A stretch of DNA of 63,085 nucleotides, counting the filler, from an uncultured bacterium (GTDB taxonomy: Bacteria > DYJV01), in NCBI GenBank assembly GCA_964543655.1. It is 5 parts of 5 records of this genome, joined end to end, with 100 filler letters (N's around TTAATTAATTAA, not from the genome) between each part and the next. Parts side by side here need not be neighbours in the genome. Positions count along the whole stretch, not along the records: positions 22,582 to 49,141 come from CAZIZE010000043.1; 4 more parts are not named here. One strand, 5' to 3'. The notes below the pieces were generated by a model. It was not told where the DNA came from and ran no database searches. It worked only from the letters and a program-made list of their open reading frames with translations. Numbering within the stretch: the stretch's first letter is position 1; every line of letters starts with the position of its first letter. Below are positions 27,247 through 37,118 of the stretch, piece after piece. Both the position numbers and the translations under genes were made by a program.

Positions 27247-28629
27247 ATGAAAAGCATTATGGTATTTGAAGTTAATGGACAGCTTTTTGGGTATGAAACG
27301 GGCTTTATAAAGGAGAGTGTTACTGTTGAAAAAGTATTTCCTGTTCCAAATTCAAAAGATTTTATTAAAGGTATATTTAACCTGAGAAACAATCCTATTC
27401 CATTAATAGACCTTGGTCTTTTATTATATAAGAATCCTTTAAATTCAGATATTGTTATTGTTGTAGAAAAAGAGTCTAAAATTAGCGGAATTTTAATTGA
27501 GAGATTAAAAGGTGTAATACAGGTTGATGAGGATAAAATTTATGATATAGAGAATATTGCTCTTGATGATTTAAATAAAGAGTTTTTCAGTGGTTATTTT
27601 CAGCACAACAATGAGATAATTTTATTATTGAAACTTGATCCACTTTTTGATGTGAAAAAATGTGAAATTAAAAGTAAAAATTTTTATTCAGCAAATAAAG
27701 GCTCAGGAGAAAAAGAGCAAAACATAAAAAATAGTAGCAAAGGATACATTATATTTCAGATTGAAAAAGAGTGGTTTGCAATAAATGTAGATGTTGTTCA
27801 GGAGATATTATCATTTCCTGAAAATATTTCCACAATACCAGATAATCCAAATTGGTTAAAAGGGCTTTTTTTATTAAGAAACAGTAGTGTTGTGTTAATT
27901 GATCTCGCTGAATTTTTAGGAATTTCAACATCTATTGATAGAGAGAGAGTAATCCTTGCTAAAATTAATAATATGTTAGTAGGAATCTCTGTGCCATATG
28001 TAAAAGAGATAAGGTGGATAGATAAGGATGCCATTCTCAGTATTGAAAATAATTCTCTACCAAATAAAGGTATAATTCCACTTGATAATGGTAAGAGGTT
28101 AGTTCTCATTCTTGATGTTGAAAATATTTTTAATATAAATTTAGATGAGGTTTTAAAAGGAGAAAGTCAGGAGGAAGTAATGGTTTTAGATAAAAAAGAT
28201 AAAAATGTTCAAAAATATCTTCATTTTAGAGTTGGAGATATTCATATGGCTATTAATATTAAAGAAGTTCAGGAAGTTGTAGAGTTTTCAACTATTAATG
28301 AATTGCCAAAAGCTCCTGATTATATTATTGGGATGATGAATTTAAGAAATTCTGTAATTACAGTAATCTCCCTTGACAAAAGATTAAATATAGAGGATAG
28401 TAGTAAAAACATTGAAGATAAAAGAATCATAGTTTTAAGCAATAGCTCTGTTAGTTTGCTTGTAGATAGCCTTGAGGGAATTTTAAGCTTAGGCGAGGAT
28501 GAAATTTACCCTCCTGATGAGAATATTGATATAGAGGAAAAATATTTAAATGGCATTGCTAAAGCCAAAAATGATAGATTAATTTTTATTCTTAATATAA
28601 AAAATCTTATTTCAAAAGATGATAGTTAG
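27247..28629 (+). CDS. cheW: CheW protein with three CheW domains
   Basis: Three repeats of P-x4-5-[ILM]xG..NLR/LLR..[PV].IDL: VPNSKDFIKGIFNLRN, IPDNPNWLKGLFLLRN, LPKAPDYIIGMMNLRN. Confidence 0.88.
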   Translation: MKSIMVFEVNGQLFGYETGFIKESVTVEKVFPVPNSKDFIKGIFNLRNNPIPLIDLGLLLYKNPLNSDIVIVVEKESKISGILIERLKGVIQVDEDKIYDIENIALDDLNKEFFSGYFQHNNEIILLLKLDPLFDVKKCEIKSKNFYSANKGSGEKEQNIKNSSKGYIIFQIEKEWFAINVDVVQEILSFPENISTIPDNPNWLKGLFLLRNSSVVLIDLAEFLGISTSIDRERVILAKINNMLVGISVPYVKEIRWIDKDAILSIENNSLPNKGIIPLDNGKRLVLILDVENIFNINLDEVLKGESQEEVMVLDKKDKNVQKYLHFRVGDIHMAINIKEVQEVVEFSTINELPKAPDYIIGMMNLRNSVITVISLDKRLNIEDSSKNIEDKRIIVLSNSSVSLLVDSLEGILSLGEDEIYPPDENIDIEEKYLNGIAKAKNDRLIFILNIKNLISKDDS

Positions 28630-28961
28630 TTAAATTTGTTACAGTTATCTATTGGAGTAATAAAACTACATAAATTTGTGATTTTAAACAATTTTTCTAT
28701 ATTTTTTGAAATATTGCAGGCCATTAATTTACCATTATGTTTTTTTATTTGCTCATAAATTCTTAAAAGATTTCCAATACCAAAAGAGTCAATAAAATTG
28801 CAATGTTCGAGATTTAAGATTATGTTTACTATATTTTCTGTATTAATATAATTGAAAATAATATTCTTTAACTCAGTTACATTTTCATAATTAGTTATTT
28901 CAAAATTGAACTTTGGTAAAATTAATATAGTGTTATTATTTATTTTCTTTGTTTCTATCAT
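28626..28961 (-). CDS. STAS domain protein (anti-sigma factor antagonist-like)
   Basis: IILNL..FIDSFGIG (phospho-Ser motif)..LFKITNL. Confidence 0.85.
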   Translation of the reverse strand: MIETKKINNNTILILPKFNFEITNYENVTELKNIIFNYINTENIVNIILNLEHCNFIDSFGIGNLLRIYEQIKKHNGKLMACNISKNIEKLFKITNLCSFITPIDNCNKFN

Positions 28962-29109
28962 TGGTGATACCCATTTTTTTAAATTTTTTATCTTTATATT
29001 ATAAAAGATATTGATAAAAAACTTAAAGTCAAGTTAATTATAAATAAATTGAAAAATCAAATAAAATATAATAAAAGAAAGATAATATCAATAAAGGGGC
29101 TAATATTGT

Positions 29110-30132
29110 ATGCCTGATAATTTCCAAAAAAATAACAAATCTATAAAAAACCGTTGTGATTTATATAGGGTGGTTTTTAATCAATTTATTGAAATGTTAG
29201 AAAATGATATTAATCAATTAATGTATGTTGAAAATAATGTAACAAAAGAAAGACAGAATTTCTTTCGCAGTTTTAAAAAATTAGATATATACAAATATGA
29301 TTCTAATATTTTTACTGAAATAAAATCTCAAATAGAAGAGTTTAAAATAGAGCTTCAGCTTTCAGCGCTTAATGCTAAAATAAAGTCTCTTGACATGAAG
29401 GAATTTAGCAATATCATATCAGTAATAGGTCTCAGTCTTGAAGAAGAGTCCATTAAAGTTACAAGCAGATTTGATGAGCTTAAAAAGGCTTTTGATTCAC
29501 TTGTTAATGTCTTACATGATATAGAGACTGATTTAATGACACTTGAAAAAGTTAAATTTGTTTTAAGTGAGAATTTTTTAGAATTAGTTAATTTTATGAA
29601 AAAAGAAGTTTTAGCAGAAGTAGAGGATTGTTTCAATGGTGAACAAATTACTCTATTTAACGTATTTGATAAATTAATTAGTATGATAGAGGGGTTGCTT
29701 GAGCAGATATATTACATTAAAAATACAAGGTTTAGCCTGAATTTGAGACAATTTAAACATTCTTTAAATGTATGTTTGAGAAAAATAAGATTGTTAATAA
29801 AAGATTATAGTAACTTTGTTTTTAAAATAAACTATCTTACGCTTATTACAAAAATAGAAGTTGGTAAATTAAAAGAGAATGAATTTATTATGGTATTAAT
29901 GACACTTGATAATATCACAGAGGAAGCAAAAAAGATTAATATAAAAATCAATAAAATTTCATCTTATTTCTTTAATATAATTTCAACATTGGAAAAAATT
30001 CATTCTGAGTATTCTTTTAAACTTAGAAATATGATTTTTAGAGAATATTTTGAAATAGCTTTTAAAATTCAAGATGAGTTAGAAGCAATGATGAAATTTT
30101 TAAAAAATGAAACTGCAAATTTTTTAAAGTAG
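29110..30132 (+). CDS. Hypothetical coiled-coil protein with degenerate MCP-tip-like motifs
   Basis: LQLSALNAKIKS..FSNI and INYLTLITKIEVGK..EF weakly resemble MCP tips; no TM. Confidence 0.5.
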   Translation: MPDNFQKNNKSIKNRCDLYRVVFNQFIEMLENDINQLMYVENNVTKERQNFFRSFKKLDIYKYDSNIFTEIKSQIEEFKIELQLSALNAKIKSLDMKEFSNIISVIGLSLEEESIKVTSRFDELKKAFDSLVNVLHDIETDLMTLEKVKFVLSENFLELVNFMKKEVLAEVEDCFNGEQITLFNVFDKLISMIEGLLEQIYYIKNTRFSLNLRQFKHSLNVCLRKIRLLIKDYSNFVFKINYLTLITKIEVGKLKENEFIMVLMTLDNITEEAKKINIKINKISSYFFNIISTLEKIHSEYSFKLRNMIFREYFEIAFKIQDELEAMMKFLKNETANFLK

Positions 30133-30146
30133 AGCAGGGGGCTTAA

Positions 30147-31289
30147 ATGATTGTTAATGAAAAAGTATTTCAATGTGTAGAAATACTTTCATCAGCCACT
30201 AATGTTGTGAATGAAATGATTAATGAAGCTACACCAGAAGTTGACCAGCTTTTTAGTTTTATTTCACAGCATATAACATCGCTTATTAGTAAGGTAAAGA
30301 ACTTTACAAGAGAGATATTTATTATAGAAAGGTACATTACCTGTGAAAAAGCAAAAAAGCTTTATCCTACCTCTGATGATATTCCTGAGGATGTGAAATC
30401 TCAAGTTATAAAGTATAGAAATGAAGAAGATATTTGTTTATTTACTTTAGAACCATGCACATGCAATAAAGATCCAGAAAATCTATTGAAGAAAATGAAC
30501 TCATTTCTTGAAGATATGACCCAAAGAAGAGAAAAATCATCTAATCTTGGAGTTAATCTTTCAAATTCTTTGACAAAAATAAAAAAACAGTTTGAAACTT
30601 TTAGTGCTAATATTGCAAAAATTGTTGAAATAGCAGAGAAAGTAGATTTAATAGCTATCAATGCTTATGTTGAAGCAGCAAGGATGGGTGAAAAAGGTAA
30701 AGGTTTTGAAATCATAGCCGAAAATATCAGAAAAGCAGCTATTGAGATTCAAGACTTAGGTAGAGATATTGGATTACAATTTGGAGAGCTTGATGACTCT
30801 TTTAATGAAAATAATGAGCTTTTTCAAAATTTTAGAGAGCATGAAGAGCAGAGCAAGATTAATGATCAGAAAGCTTCTGATATAATAAAAAAAGAGATTT
30901 TAACGCTGGTTAATGATTTTGTAAGATTTATAACATATACCTCTGATTTTTCAGAAGATATTTTTAATATGGTTCAGGAAATACAGCAAGATATTACAGT
31001 AAAGCTTCAATATGTTGATATTAACAATCAAAGAATACAAAATATTGGAAAAAAATTAACTGTGGTTACTGAAATGATTCAAACACTTGTGAGTTATTTA
31101 TCAGATAAAATATCTGAAGAGCAGTTAATTGAGGAATTTTTAGAACTTGAAAATAGATTTAAAAGTATCGCTACAGTTTATAGAGAAGCTGAAATTACAG
31201 CAGAGAAAATGGATTATGACATGAGCCAACATAATGAAATTGTTGGTGAAAAGCTTGAAGATGCTGAAGGTGATGTGGAGTTGTTTTAG
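30147..31289 (+). CDS. Atypical soluble MCP-like protein
   Basis: KVDLIAINAYVEAARMGEKGKGFEIIAENIR tip; LQYVDINNQR; C-terminal GDVELF. Confidence 0.8.
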   Translation: MIVNEKVFQCVEILSSATNVVNEMINEATPEVDQLFSFISQHITSLISKVKNFTREIFIIERYITCEKAKKLYPTSDDIPEDVKSQVIKYRNEEDICLFTLEPCTCNKDPENLLKKMNSFLEDMTQRREKSSNLGVNLSNSLTKIKKQFETFSANIAKIVEIAEKVDLIAINAYVEAARMGEKGKGFEIIAENIRKAAIEIQDLGRDIGLQFGELDDSFNENNELFQNFREHEEQSKINDQKASDIIKKEILTLVNDFVRFITYTSDFSEDIFNMVQEIQQDITVKLQYVDINNQRIQNIGKKLTVVTEMIQTLVSYLSDKISEEQLIEEFLELENRFKSIATVYREAEITAEKMDYDMSQHNEIVGEKLEDAEGDVELF

Positions 31290-31346
31290 ATTTAAAAATG
31301 GAAAAAGTTTGGAGGAGATTCATTACTTTAAAATGGGGGTATAAGT

Positions 31347-33599
31347 ATGGCAAAATATTTAATAAAATTTAGACTTGGTAGGAGTATATTTGAGAGAGCC
31401 ATTGATCCCAAGTTTTATATTGAAGATCTTAAAGAATTTGGCAATCTTGATATTGATATAATAGAGGAGAATATTCCATCACCTGAAGATGAAATCACTG
31501 ATGAGCATAAATTTTACGCTGATATAATCCTTGAAACAGATAGAGATAGGTCGGAAATAGAAGAATTATTGGAGTTTATAATTGAAGATGGAGTAACAAT
31601 AGAGCTACTTGAAGAAGGAAGTGAAGATTCTAAAAAGCCTGAGGAAATAGAAGAAAAAAAAGAATCAATCCCTTCAACTCTACTTGAAAATTACCTGCAG
31701 GAAAGTGAAGATATTATTATTCATCTTGGTGAAGTAGCTGAGAAACTACATGAAAATCGTTCTGAATCAGAGCTAATAAATGAAATGTTCAGAGGATTTC
31801 ACACTCTTAAAGGGAATACAGGTATACTTTTAAGCTATGGTAAAGATAGTGTGTTAGAAGCAATTAAAGATATTGCCCATTCCACAGAGGGTGTTTTGCA
31901 AAAAGTAAGAGATTCAGGAGCAACTTTGAATGATTCACAAATAGATATTTTGCAGTCATTAATTGACAGGCTTGATGACCTGTTGCTTTCATTTAAAGAA
32001 AAATCAGATGAAATACCAGAAGATATATATGAGCTACTTGATTCATTGCAAACAGATTCAGGTAATGCAAATGAAAAAGGTTCAACTGTTGACTCCCTTC
32101 CAGCAGATGAACAGGCTTTTATAAAAGTTGCTGAGCAATATATTCCAATTTTCAGAGAGATTAGCAGTAAAGATGAGATTAGTGATGAGGAGAATGATTT
32201 TTTAAAACGTGCATTAATTACTCTATATAAAGTAACAAATAATTTAGGATTAAATGAGCTTTTTCAAGAGATAAAAGATATTCAGGTAACTTTTGGCAAC
32301 AAAGATTATGATAATTTAAAAATAAAACTTAAAAGTCTATCTGAAAAAATAGAAAATTACATTAAAGAGAAAATTTCAAAAGCAGAGCCTACAAAATCAA
32401 AAACAGGTAAAGAGAAAAAGCAGGATCTATCAAAATATATTTCAAAATCTAATTATCTAAGAATTGAAGAAGGTATTGTGCAAAATATAATGGATATTGT
32501 TGGAGAGATTTCTGTTTTCAAAGAATGGCTCAATTTTTTCACGTTAAAATTGCAGAGGGAATATGGAAATATTGATGCATCTAAAGAGTTAAAAGAGAAA
32601 TATCAGAGATTTAAAAACCTTGTTGAAAATTTACAAAATACAATACTTGAAATGAGAATGATTCCTTTATCAACACTATTTGAAAGATTTCCAAAACTTG
32701 TAAGAGACTTGTCAAGGCAGTTGAATAAAAAGATCAAATTTATTGTAGAGGGTGGGGATACAAGGCTTGATAAAGTTATTGTTGAAAAAATAGGTGAACC
32801 TATGATTCATTTGATTAGAAATGCACTTGACCATGGTATAGAAACGCCTGAAGAGAGAAAAAGTATAGGTAAATCTGAAGAAGGGCTTTTAAAAATAAGG
32901 GCTTATCAGAATGCTGGAAATGTTTTTATTGAAATAATTGATGATGGTAAGGGTATTGATCCAGAAATTGTTAAGCAAAAAGCTATTGAAAAGGGTATTA
33001 AAAGTGCTGATGAAATTGAAAAAATGGATAATGAAGAGATAATAAATTTAATTTTTCTTCCAGGTTTTTCAACAAAGGATAAAGCAACAGAAGTTTCTGG
33101 CAGGGGTGTTGGTACAGATGCAGTACTTGCTGCTGTTAGTGAGTTTGGTGGTAGTGTGTCAGTTAATTCACAAATAGGTGTTGGCTCTACTTTTAAGCTT
33201 GTTTTGCCATTAACGCTTGCGATTCAGAAGATTCTTTTAACAAAAGTAGGAGAACTTACTGTAGGAATTCCAGCTGATATGATAAGTGAAATTGTTAAAA
33301 TTCCAAAAGCTGAAATTTCAAATTTTAAAGATTTAAATGTTATTCACCATAGAGAAAAGGTAATAGAAATAAGCTATGCAAGTAAAATTTTAAATATAGC
33401 AAGCAATAATAATGAGCAGGAGTTAACACTTTTAATTGATAATTTTCAGGAGAAAGCACTGGTTGTTGATAAAGTAATCAGCACTATTGATACAGTTATA
33501 AAGCCAGCACCTGACATTATTCAGGATATTAAAGAGATAAGTGGTGTTACAATTCTTGGTGATGGAAGTATTGTTTATATTATTGATATTTTGAGCTAA
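31347..33599 (+). CDS. cheA: Chemotaxis histidine kinase CheA
   Basis: Hpt FRGFHTLKG, HLIRNALDHGIE, DDGKGID, LPGFST..SGRGVG, C-terminal CheW-like domain. Confidence 0.95.
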   Translation: MAKYLIKFRLGRSIFERAIDPKFYIEDLKEFGNLDIDIIEENIPSPEDEITDEHKFYADIILETDRDRSEIEELLEFIIEDGVTIELLEEGSEDSKKPEEIEEKKESIPSTLLENYLQESEDIIIHLGEVAEKLHENRSESELINEMFRGFHTLKGNTGILLSYGKDSVLEAIKDIAHSTEGVLQKVRDSGATLNDSQIDILQSLIDRLDDLLLSFKEKSDEIPEDIYELLDSLQTDSGNANEKGSTVDSLPADEQAFIKVAEQYIPIFREISSKDEISDEENDFLKRALITLYKVTNNLGLNELFQEIKDIQVTFGNKDYDNLKIKLKSLSEKIENYIKEKISKAEPTKSKTGKEKKQDLSKYISKSNYLRIEEGIVQNIMDIVGEISVFKEWLNFFTLKLQREYGNIDASKELKEKYQRFKNLVENLQNTILEMRMIPLSTLFERFPKLVRDLSRQLNKKIKFIVEGGDTRLDKVIVEKIGEPMIHLIRNALDHGIETPEERKSIGKSEEGLLKIRAYQNAGNVFIEIIDDGKGIDPEIVKQKAIEKGIKSADEIEKMDNEEIINLIFLPGFSTKDKATEVSGRGVGTDAVLAAVSEFGGSVSVNSQIGVGSTFKLVLPLTLAIQKILLTKVGELTVGIPADMISEIVKIPKAEISNFKDLNVIHHREKVIEISYASKILNIASNNNEQELTLLIDNFQEKALVVDKVISTIDTVIKPAPDIIQDIKEISGVTILGDGSIVYIIDILS

Positions 33600-33723
33600 G
33601 TTGGGAATAGGATGGATAGTTAGTTGAATTTTGAGCTTTGATTAATTTGATTGGGCATGATAGAGTGGATATGTAGAAAATAGTGGATATAGTTATCAAT
33701 CAAAAAAATTAAATGGAGAAGAT

Positions 33724-34770
33724 ATGATAAAAGTAATGGTTGTTGATGATTCTGCTTTTATGAGAAAAGCTATTAAAGAGATTCTTGAGAATGATTCTGA
33801 AATTAAAGTTGTTGAAACAGCAAGAAATGGACAGGATATGTTTGATAAACTTGATAAGGCTCAACCTGATGTTATTACACTTGATATTAATATGCCTGTT
33901 ATGGATGGAAAAGCAGCTATTGAAAAGATGAGGGAGGATAATATTAAAATACCAGTTATAGTTATTTCTTCCCTTACAAAAGAAGATGCGCCAATTACCC
34001 TTGAACTACTTGATCTTGGAGCATTTGATTTTGTTGCAAAGCCCTCAGGCACAATTTCTCTTGATATTAATAAAGTAGCAGAAGAGATTATAGCAAAAGT
34101 AAAGAATGCTTATAAAAATAGACGTAGAATTAGAATTTCACCTAAGTTCACGAGGAAAAGAATTGTTGAACACAGGGTTGAGGATAGAAAACTTGCAAAA
34201 TATGTTGTTGCAATAGGGATTTCCACTGGTGGTCCAGCTACGTTACTTGATATTTTACAGGAAATAAATGAGCCTGATGATAACACTGCATTTCTTGTTG
34301 TTCAGCATATGCCACCGCAATTTACACCATCCCTTGCTAAAAGATTAACAGAATATTCTCCTATGGAGTTTTTTCACGCATCTCCTGGTCAGAGCATTCT
34401 TGGTGGATATGGTTATCTTGCTCCAGGTGGATGGCACATGATGATTACAAAAGAAAAGAAGGTTAGGTTATTTAAAGATGACAGATATATCTATTATCCA
34501 TCTGTTGATGTTCTCTTTGATTCTGTGGCAGATGTTTATGCACCAGATGCAATAGGGGTTTTATTAACAGGTATAGGTAAAGATGGAGCTGCTGGTTTAT
34601 TGAAAATGAAAAAAAATGGTTGTTATACAATAGCAGAGGATGAAGAAACAGCGGTAGTTTATGGAATGCCAAGAGCTGCCAAAGAGATGGGAGCAGCCAT
34701 TAAAGTTTTGCCATCCTATAAAATAGCAAGGGATATTAATGTAGTTTTACGAAGGATGACAAAAGGATAG
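33724..34770 (+). CDS. cheB: Chemotaxis methylesterase CheB
   Basis: REC domain plus GISTGG, QHM, LTGIGKDG, VVYGMP. Confidence 0.95.
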   Translation: MIKVMVVDDSAFMRKAIKEILENDSEIKVVETARNGQDMFDKLDKAQPDVITLDINMPVMDGKAAIEKMREDNIKIPVIVISSLTKEDAPITLELLDLGAFDFVAKPSGTISLDINKVAEEIIAKVKNAYKNRRRIRISPKFTRKRIVEHRVEDRKLAKYVVAIGISTGGPATLLDILQEINEPDDNTAFLVVQHMPPQFTPSLAKRLTEYSPMEFFHASPGQSILGGYGYLAPGGWHMMITKEKKVRLFKDDRYIYYPSVDVLFDSVADVYAPDAIGVLLTGIGKDGAAGLLKMKKNGCYTIAEDEETAVVYGMPRAAKEMGAAIKVLPSYKIARDINVVLRRMTKG

Positions 34771-34801
34771 GTATTGATGATTTTTCAAAAAGGAGGTGTA
34801 T

Positions 34802-35161
34802 ATGAAAAAAGCGTTAACAGTTGATGATTCTTTTACTGTAAGAAATCTTGTAAAAATGACTCTTGAAGGTCAAGGATTTAGTGTTGATGAAGCTTCAAAT
34901 GGTAAAGAAGCTCTTGCTAAAACTCAAACCAATAAGTATGATCTGGTAATTTGTGATATAAATATGCCTGTAATGGATGGTCTTGAATTTTTGAAAGAAT
35001 TTAAAAAGAATAATAGAGCTACACCTGTTTTAATGGTAACAACAGAAACAGAAGTTGGGAAAAAACAGCTTGCAAAGCAGTATGGAGCTACTGGATGGAT
35101 AGTTAAGCCATTTAACCCAAATGATTTAATAAAAGTAGTTAAAAGAGTGGTGAGGATATAG
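34802..35161 (+). CDS. cheY: CheY-type response regulator
   Basis: VDDS, DINMPVMDG, VTTE, GATGWIVKPF; ATG after AGGAGG. Confidence 0.9.
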   Translation: MKKALTVDDSFTVRNLVKMTLEGQGFSVDEASNGKEALAKTQTNKYDLVICDINMPVMDGLEFLKEFKKNNRATPVLMVTTETEVGKKQLAKQYGATGWIVKPFNPNDLIKVVKRVVRI

Positions 35162-35932
35162 ATGGATAAAAAAGAGTTACTTGAGCAGCTTAAATCAACT
35201 GACCATGATAAAATCAGAGATGCTATTTTGCATCTTGAAAATTGCAATGATTTAGATGTTGTCAGAGCTATAGTTGACACTATATTACATGTAAAATCTA
35301 AAAAAGTTCTAACAGCAGGGCTTGAGACTTTACTCAATTGTGCAAATAAAGAAGCTGTTGCAAAAGAAGCTATTGCTCTAATTTTTAGCAAAAGTCCTAA
35401 AATAAGACATGCAGGAATTACTATTATTGTATCCTGTGGAGAAGTAGCTATTGAAATTGTTAAAGAAAAACTTCTTTGCTCAGATGATTTTAATATCAGA
35501 AAGCATGCCCTTGATATTTTAAAAGATATTAAAACAGAGAAATCACTTGAATTAATATCATCTTTATTAAAAGATGAGAATCCCAATGTTAAGTACTCTG
35601 CTGTTGAATTTTTAATGGAGTTTACTCAGTTTAAAGATAAAGTGGTGGAAATTTTACTTGATTTTATTAAAAATGAAAAATTTGATTCTCTATATGGAGC
35701 TACCTCAATTGCTTCTACAATTATTTATGGTCACTTTTTTGATAAAAGGTTTATACCACTGCTACGGAAAAAGCTTGAAAATATTTCTGATGAGCATATT
35801 AAGCACTGGATTTACAAAATCTTAATATACCTTGGTGATGAGGATATTATTCCTGAAGCCAAAGAAAATGCTAAAAAAATAGATATGCTTAATGTTATTG
35901 AAAATGATATTACAATTGCAAAACTCGCTTAA
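35162..35932 (+). CDS. HEAT-repeat protein
   Basis: Repeated helical units (DDFNIRKHALDIL, LLKDENPNVKYSAVEFL); between cheY and cheR. Confidence 0.75.
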   Translation: MDKKELLEQLKSTDHDKIRDAILHLENCNDLDVVRAIVDTILHVKSKKVLTAGLETLLNCANKEAVAKEAIALIFSKSPKIRHAGITIIVSCGEVAIEIVKEKLLCSDDFNIRKHALDILKDIKTEKSLELISSLLKDENPNVKYSAVEFLMEFTQFKDKVVEILLDFIKNEKFDSLYGATSIASTIIYGHFFDKRFIPLLRKKLENISDEHIKHWIYKILIYLGDEDIIPEAKENAKKIDMLNVIENDITIAKLA

Positions 35933-35944
35933 TCGAGAGGATTT

Positions 35945-36757
35945 ATGCTTACCAAGTATTATTTTGACCAGTTTAGAGAGCTCATTTATGAAAACTCTGG
36001 TATAACTATTCCAGATAGTAAAAAGTATTTTCTTGAGAGTAGAATCAAAGAGCATTTATTGGAGCTTGGAATATCATCTCTTAAAGATTATTTTCTGCTA
36101 TTAAAAAGGGATAAGAATGTTTTTAGAGAATTTATCTCAAAGATTACAGTTAATGAAACTTATTTTTACAGAGAATTTTTTCATTTACAGGCACTTGCAT
36201 ATCTTGCTCAGACTGAAAATTTTGGAAATAGCGTAAAAGTACTAAGCAGCCCTACATCAACAGGTGAAGAGCCATACAGTATAGCAATAGTTTTAAATGA
36301 AGTACTTGATAAGCCTTTTTTCATTACTGGTATTGATATTGATAAAAATGCTATAGAAAAGGCTATTAGAGGTGTATATGGTAAAAGGAGTGTTGCCAAA
36401 CTACCAGAAGAGTATTTATTGAAATATTTTGATATTATTGACAATGACACATTTAAATTGAAAAGCAGTATAAAAAGGAAAGTTAAATTTTATGAAGGAA
36501 ATATTCTTGATGGTAATTTTTTAAAATCATTAGGTAAATTTCATTATATTTTTTGCAAAAATCTATTAATTTACTTTGATAAACCAGCAAGGATTAAAGC
36601 TATTAATAATTTATACGATATTTTAGTAGATGGAGGTTACCTTTTTCTTGGCCATGCTGAGAGTCTCAGTGGCATAACTTCAATTTTTGAGCCTGTTAAA
36701 GTTAAAGGCCATACTGTATATAGAAAAACATTGGAGGAAGATGATGAGTTCTTCTAA
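35945..36757 (+). CDS. cheR: Chemotaxis methyltransferase CheR
   Basis: TVNETYFYRE, STGEEPYS, GIDID, IFCKNLLIYF, GHAESL. Confidence 0.92.
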   Translation: MLTKYYFDQFRELIYENSGITIPDSKKYFLESRIKEHLLELGISSLKDYFLLLKRDKNVFREFISKITVNETYFYREFFHLQALAYLAQTENFGNSVKVLSSPTSTGEEPYSIAIVLNEVLDKPFFITGIDIDKNAIEKAIRGVYGKRSVAKLPEEYLLKYFDIIDNDTFKLKSSIKRKVKFYEGNILDGNFLKSLGKFHYIFCKNLLIYFDKPARIKAINNLYDILVDGGYLFLGHAESLSGITSIFEPVKVKGHTVYRKTLEEDDEFF

Positions 36758-37118
36758 AAAGATTAAAAAAGTTTTAGTTGTTGATGATTCTCTTACAATT
36801 AGAGTTTATCATACATCTCTTTTAAAAGGCTTTGGATTTGAAGTTGATACTGCTGAAAATGGTATGGATGGCCTTGAAAAAGCAATGAGTAACAGATATG
36901 ACCTTATACTCTCTGATATTAATATGCCAGTAATGGATGGTTATGAATTTGTTAAAAAGTTGAGAAAACTTGAAAATTACAGATTCACACCTGTTGTTTT
37001 TGTAACAACTCTTGATTCAGAGGAGGATAAAAAAAGAGGTTTTATGGCAGGTGCAACATTATACATTGTTAAGCCAATTGATATTGAAGTAATGAAAAAG
37101 ATATTAGATTCTATTTAA
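36741..37118 (+). CDS. Second single-domain response regulator (CheY-like)
   Basis: VVDDS, DINMPVMDG, VTT, YIVKP; start trimmed to ATG 36741 after GGAGG. Confidence 0.88.
   Translation: MMSSSKKIKKVLVVDDSLTIRVYHTSLLKGFGFEVDTAENGMDGLEKAMSNRYDLILSDINMPVMDGYEFVKKLRKLENYRFTPVVFVTTLDSEEDKKRGFMAGATLYIVKPIDIEVMKKILDSI

Noticed and set aside
33600-33723. G/T-skewed spacer with a short AGTGGATAT repeat between cheA and cheB (similar skew at 27124-27170)
   Set aside because: No stable structure, riboswitch motif or clear second copy that I can support.
34924-35586. 220-aa minus-strand ORF
   Set aside because: Antisense to cheY and the HEAT gene, no motifs.
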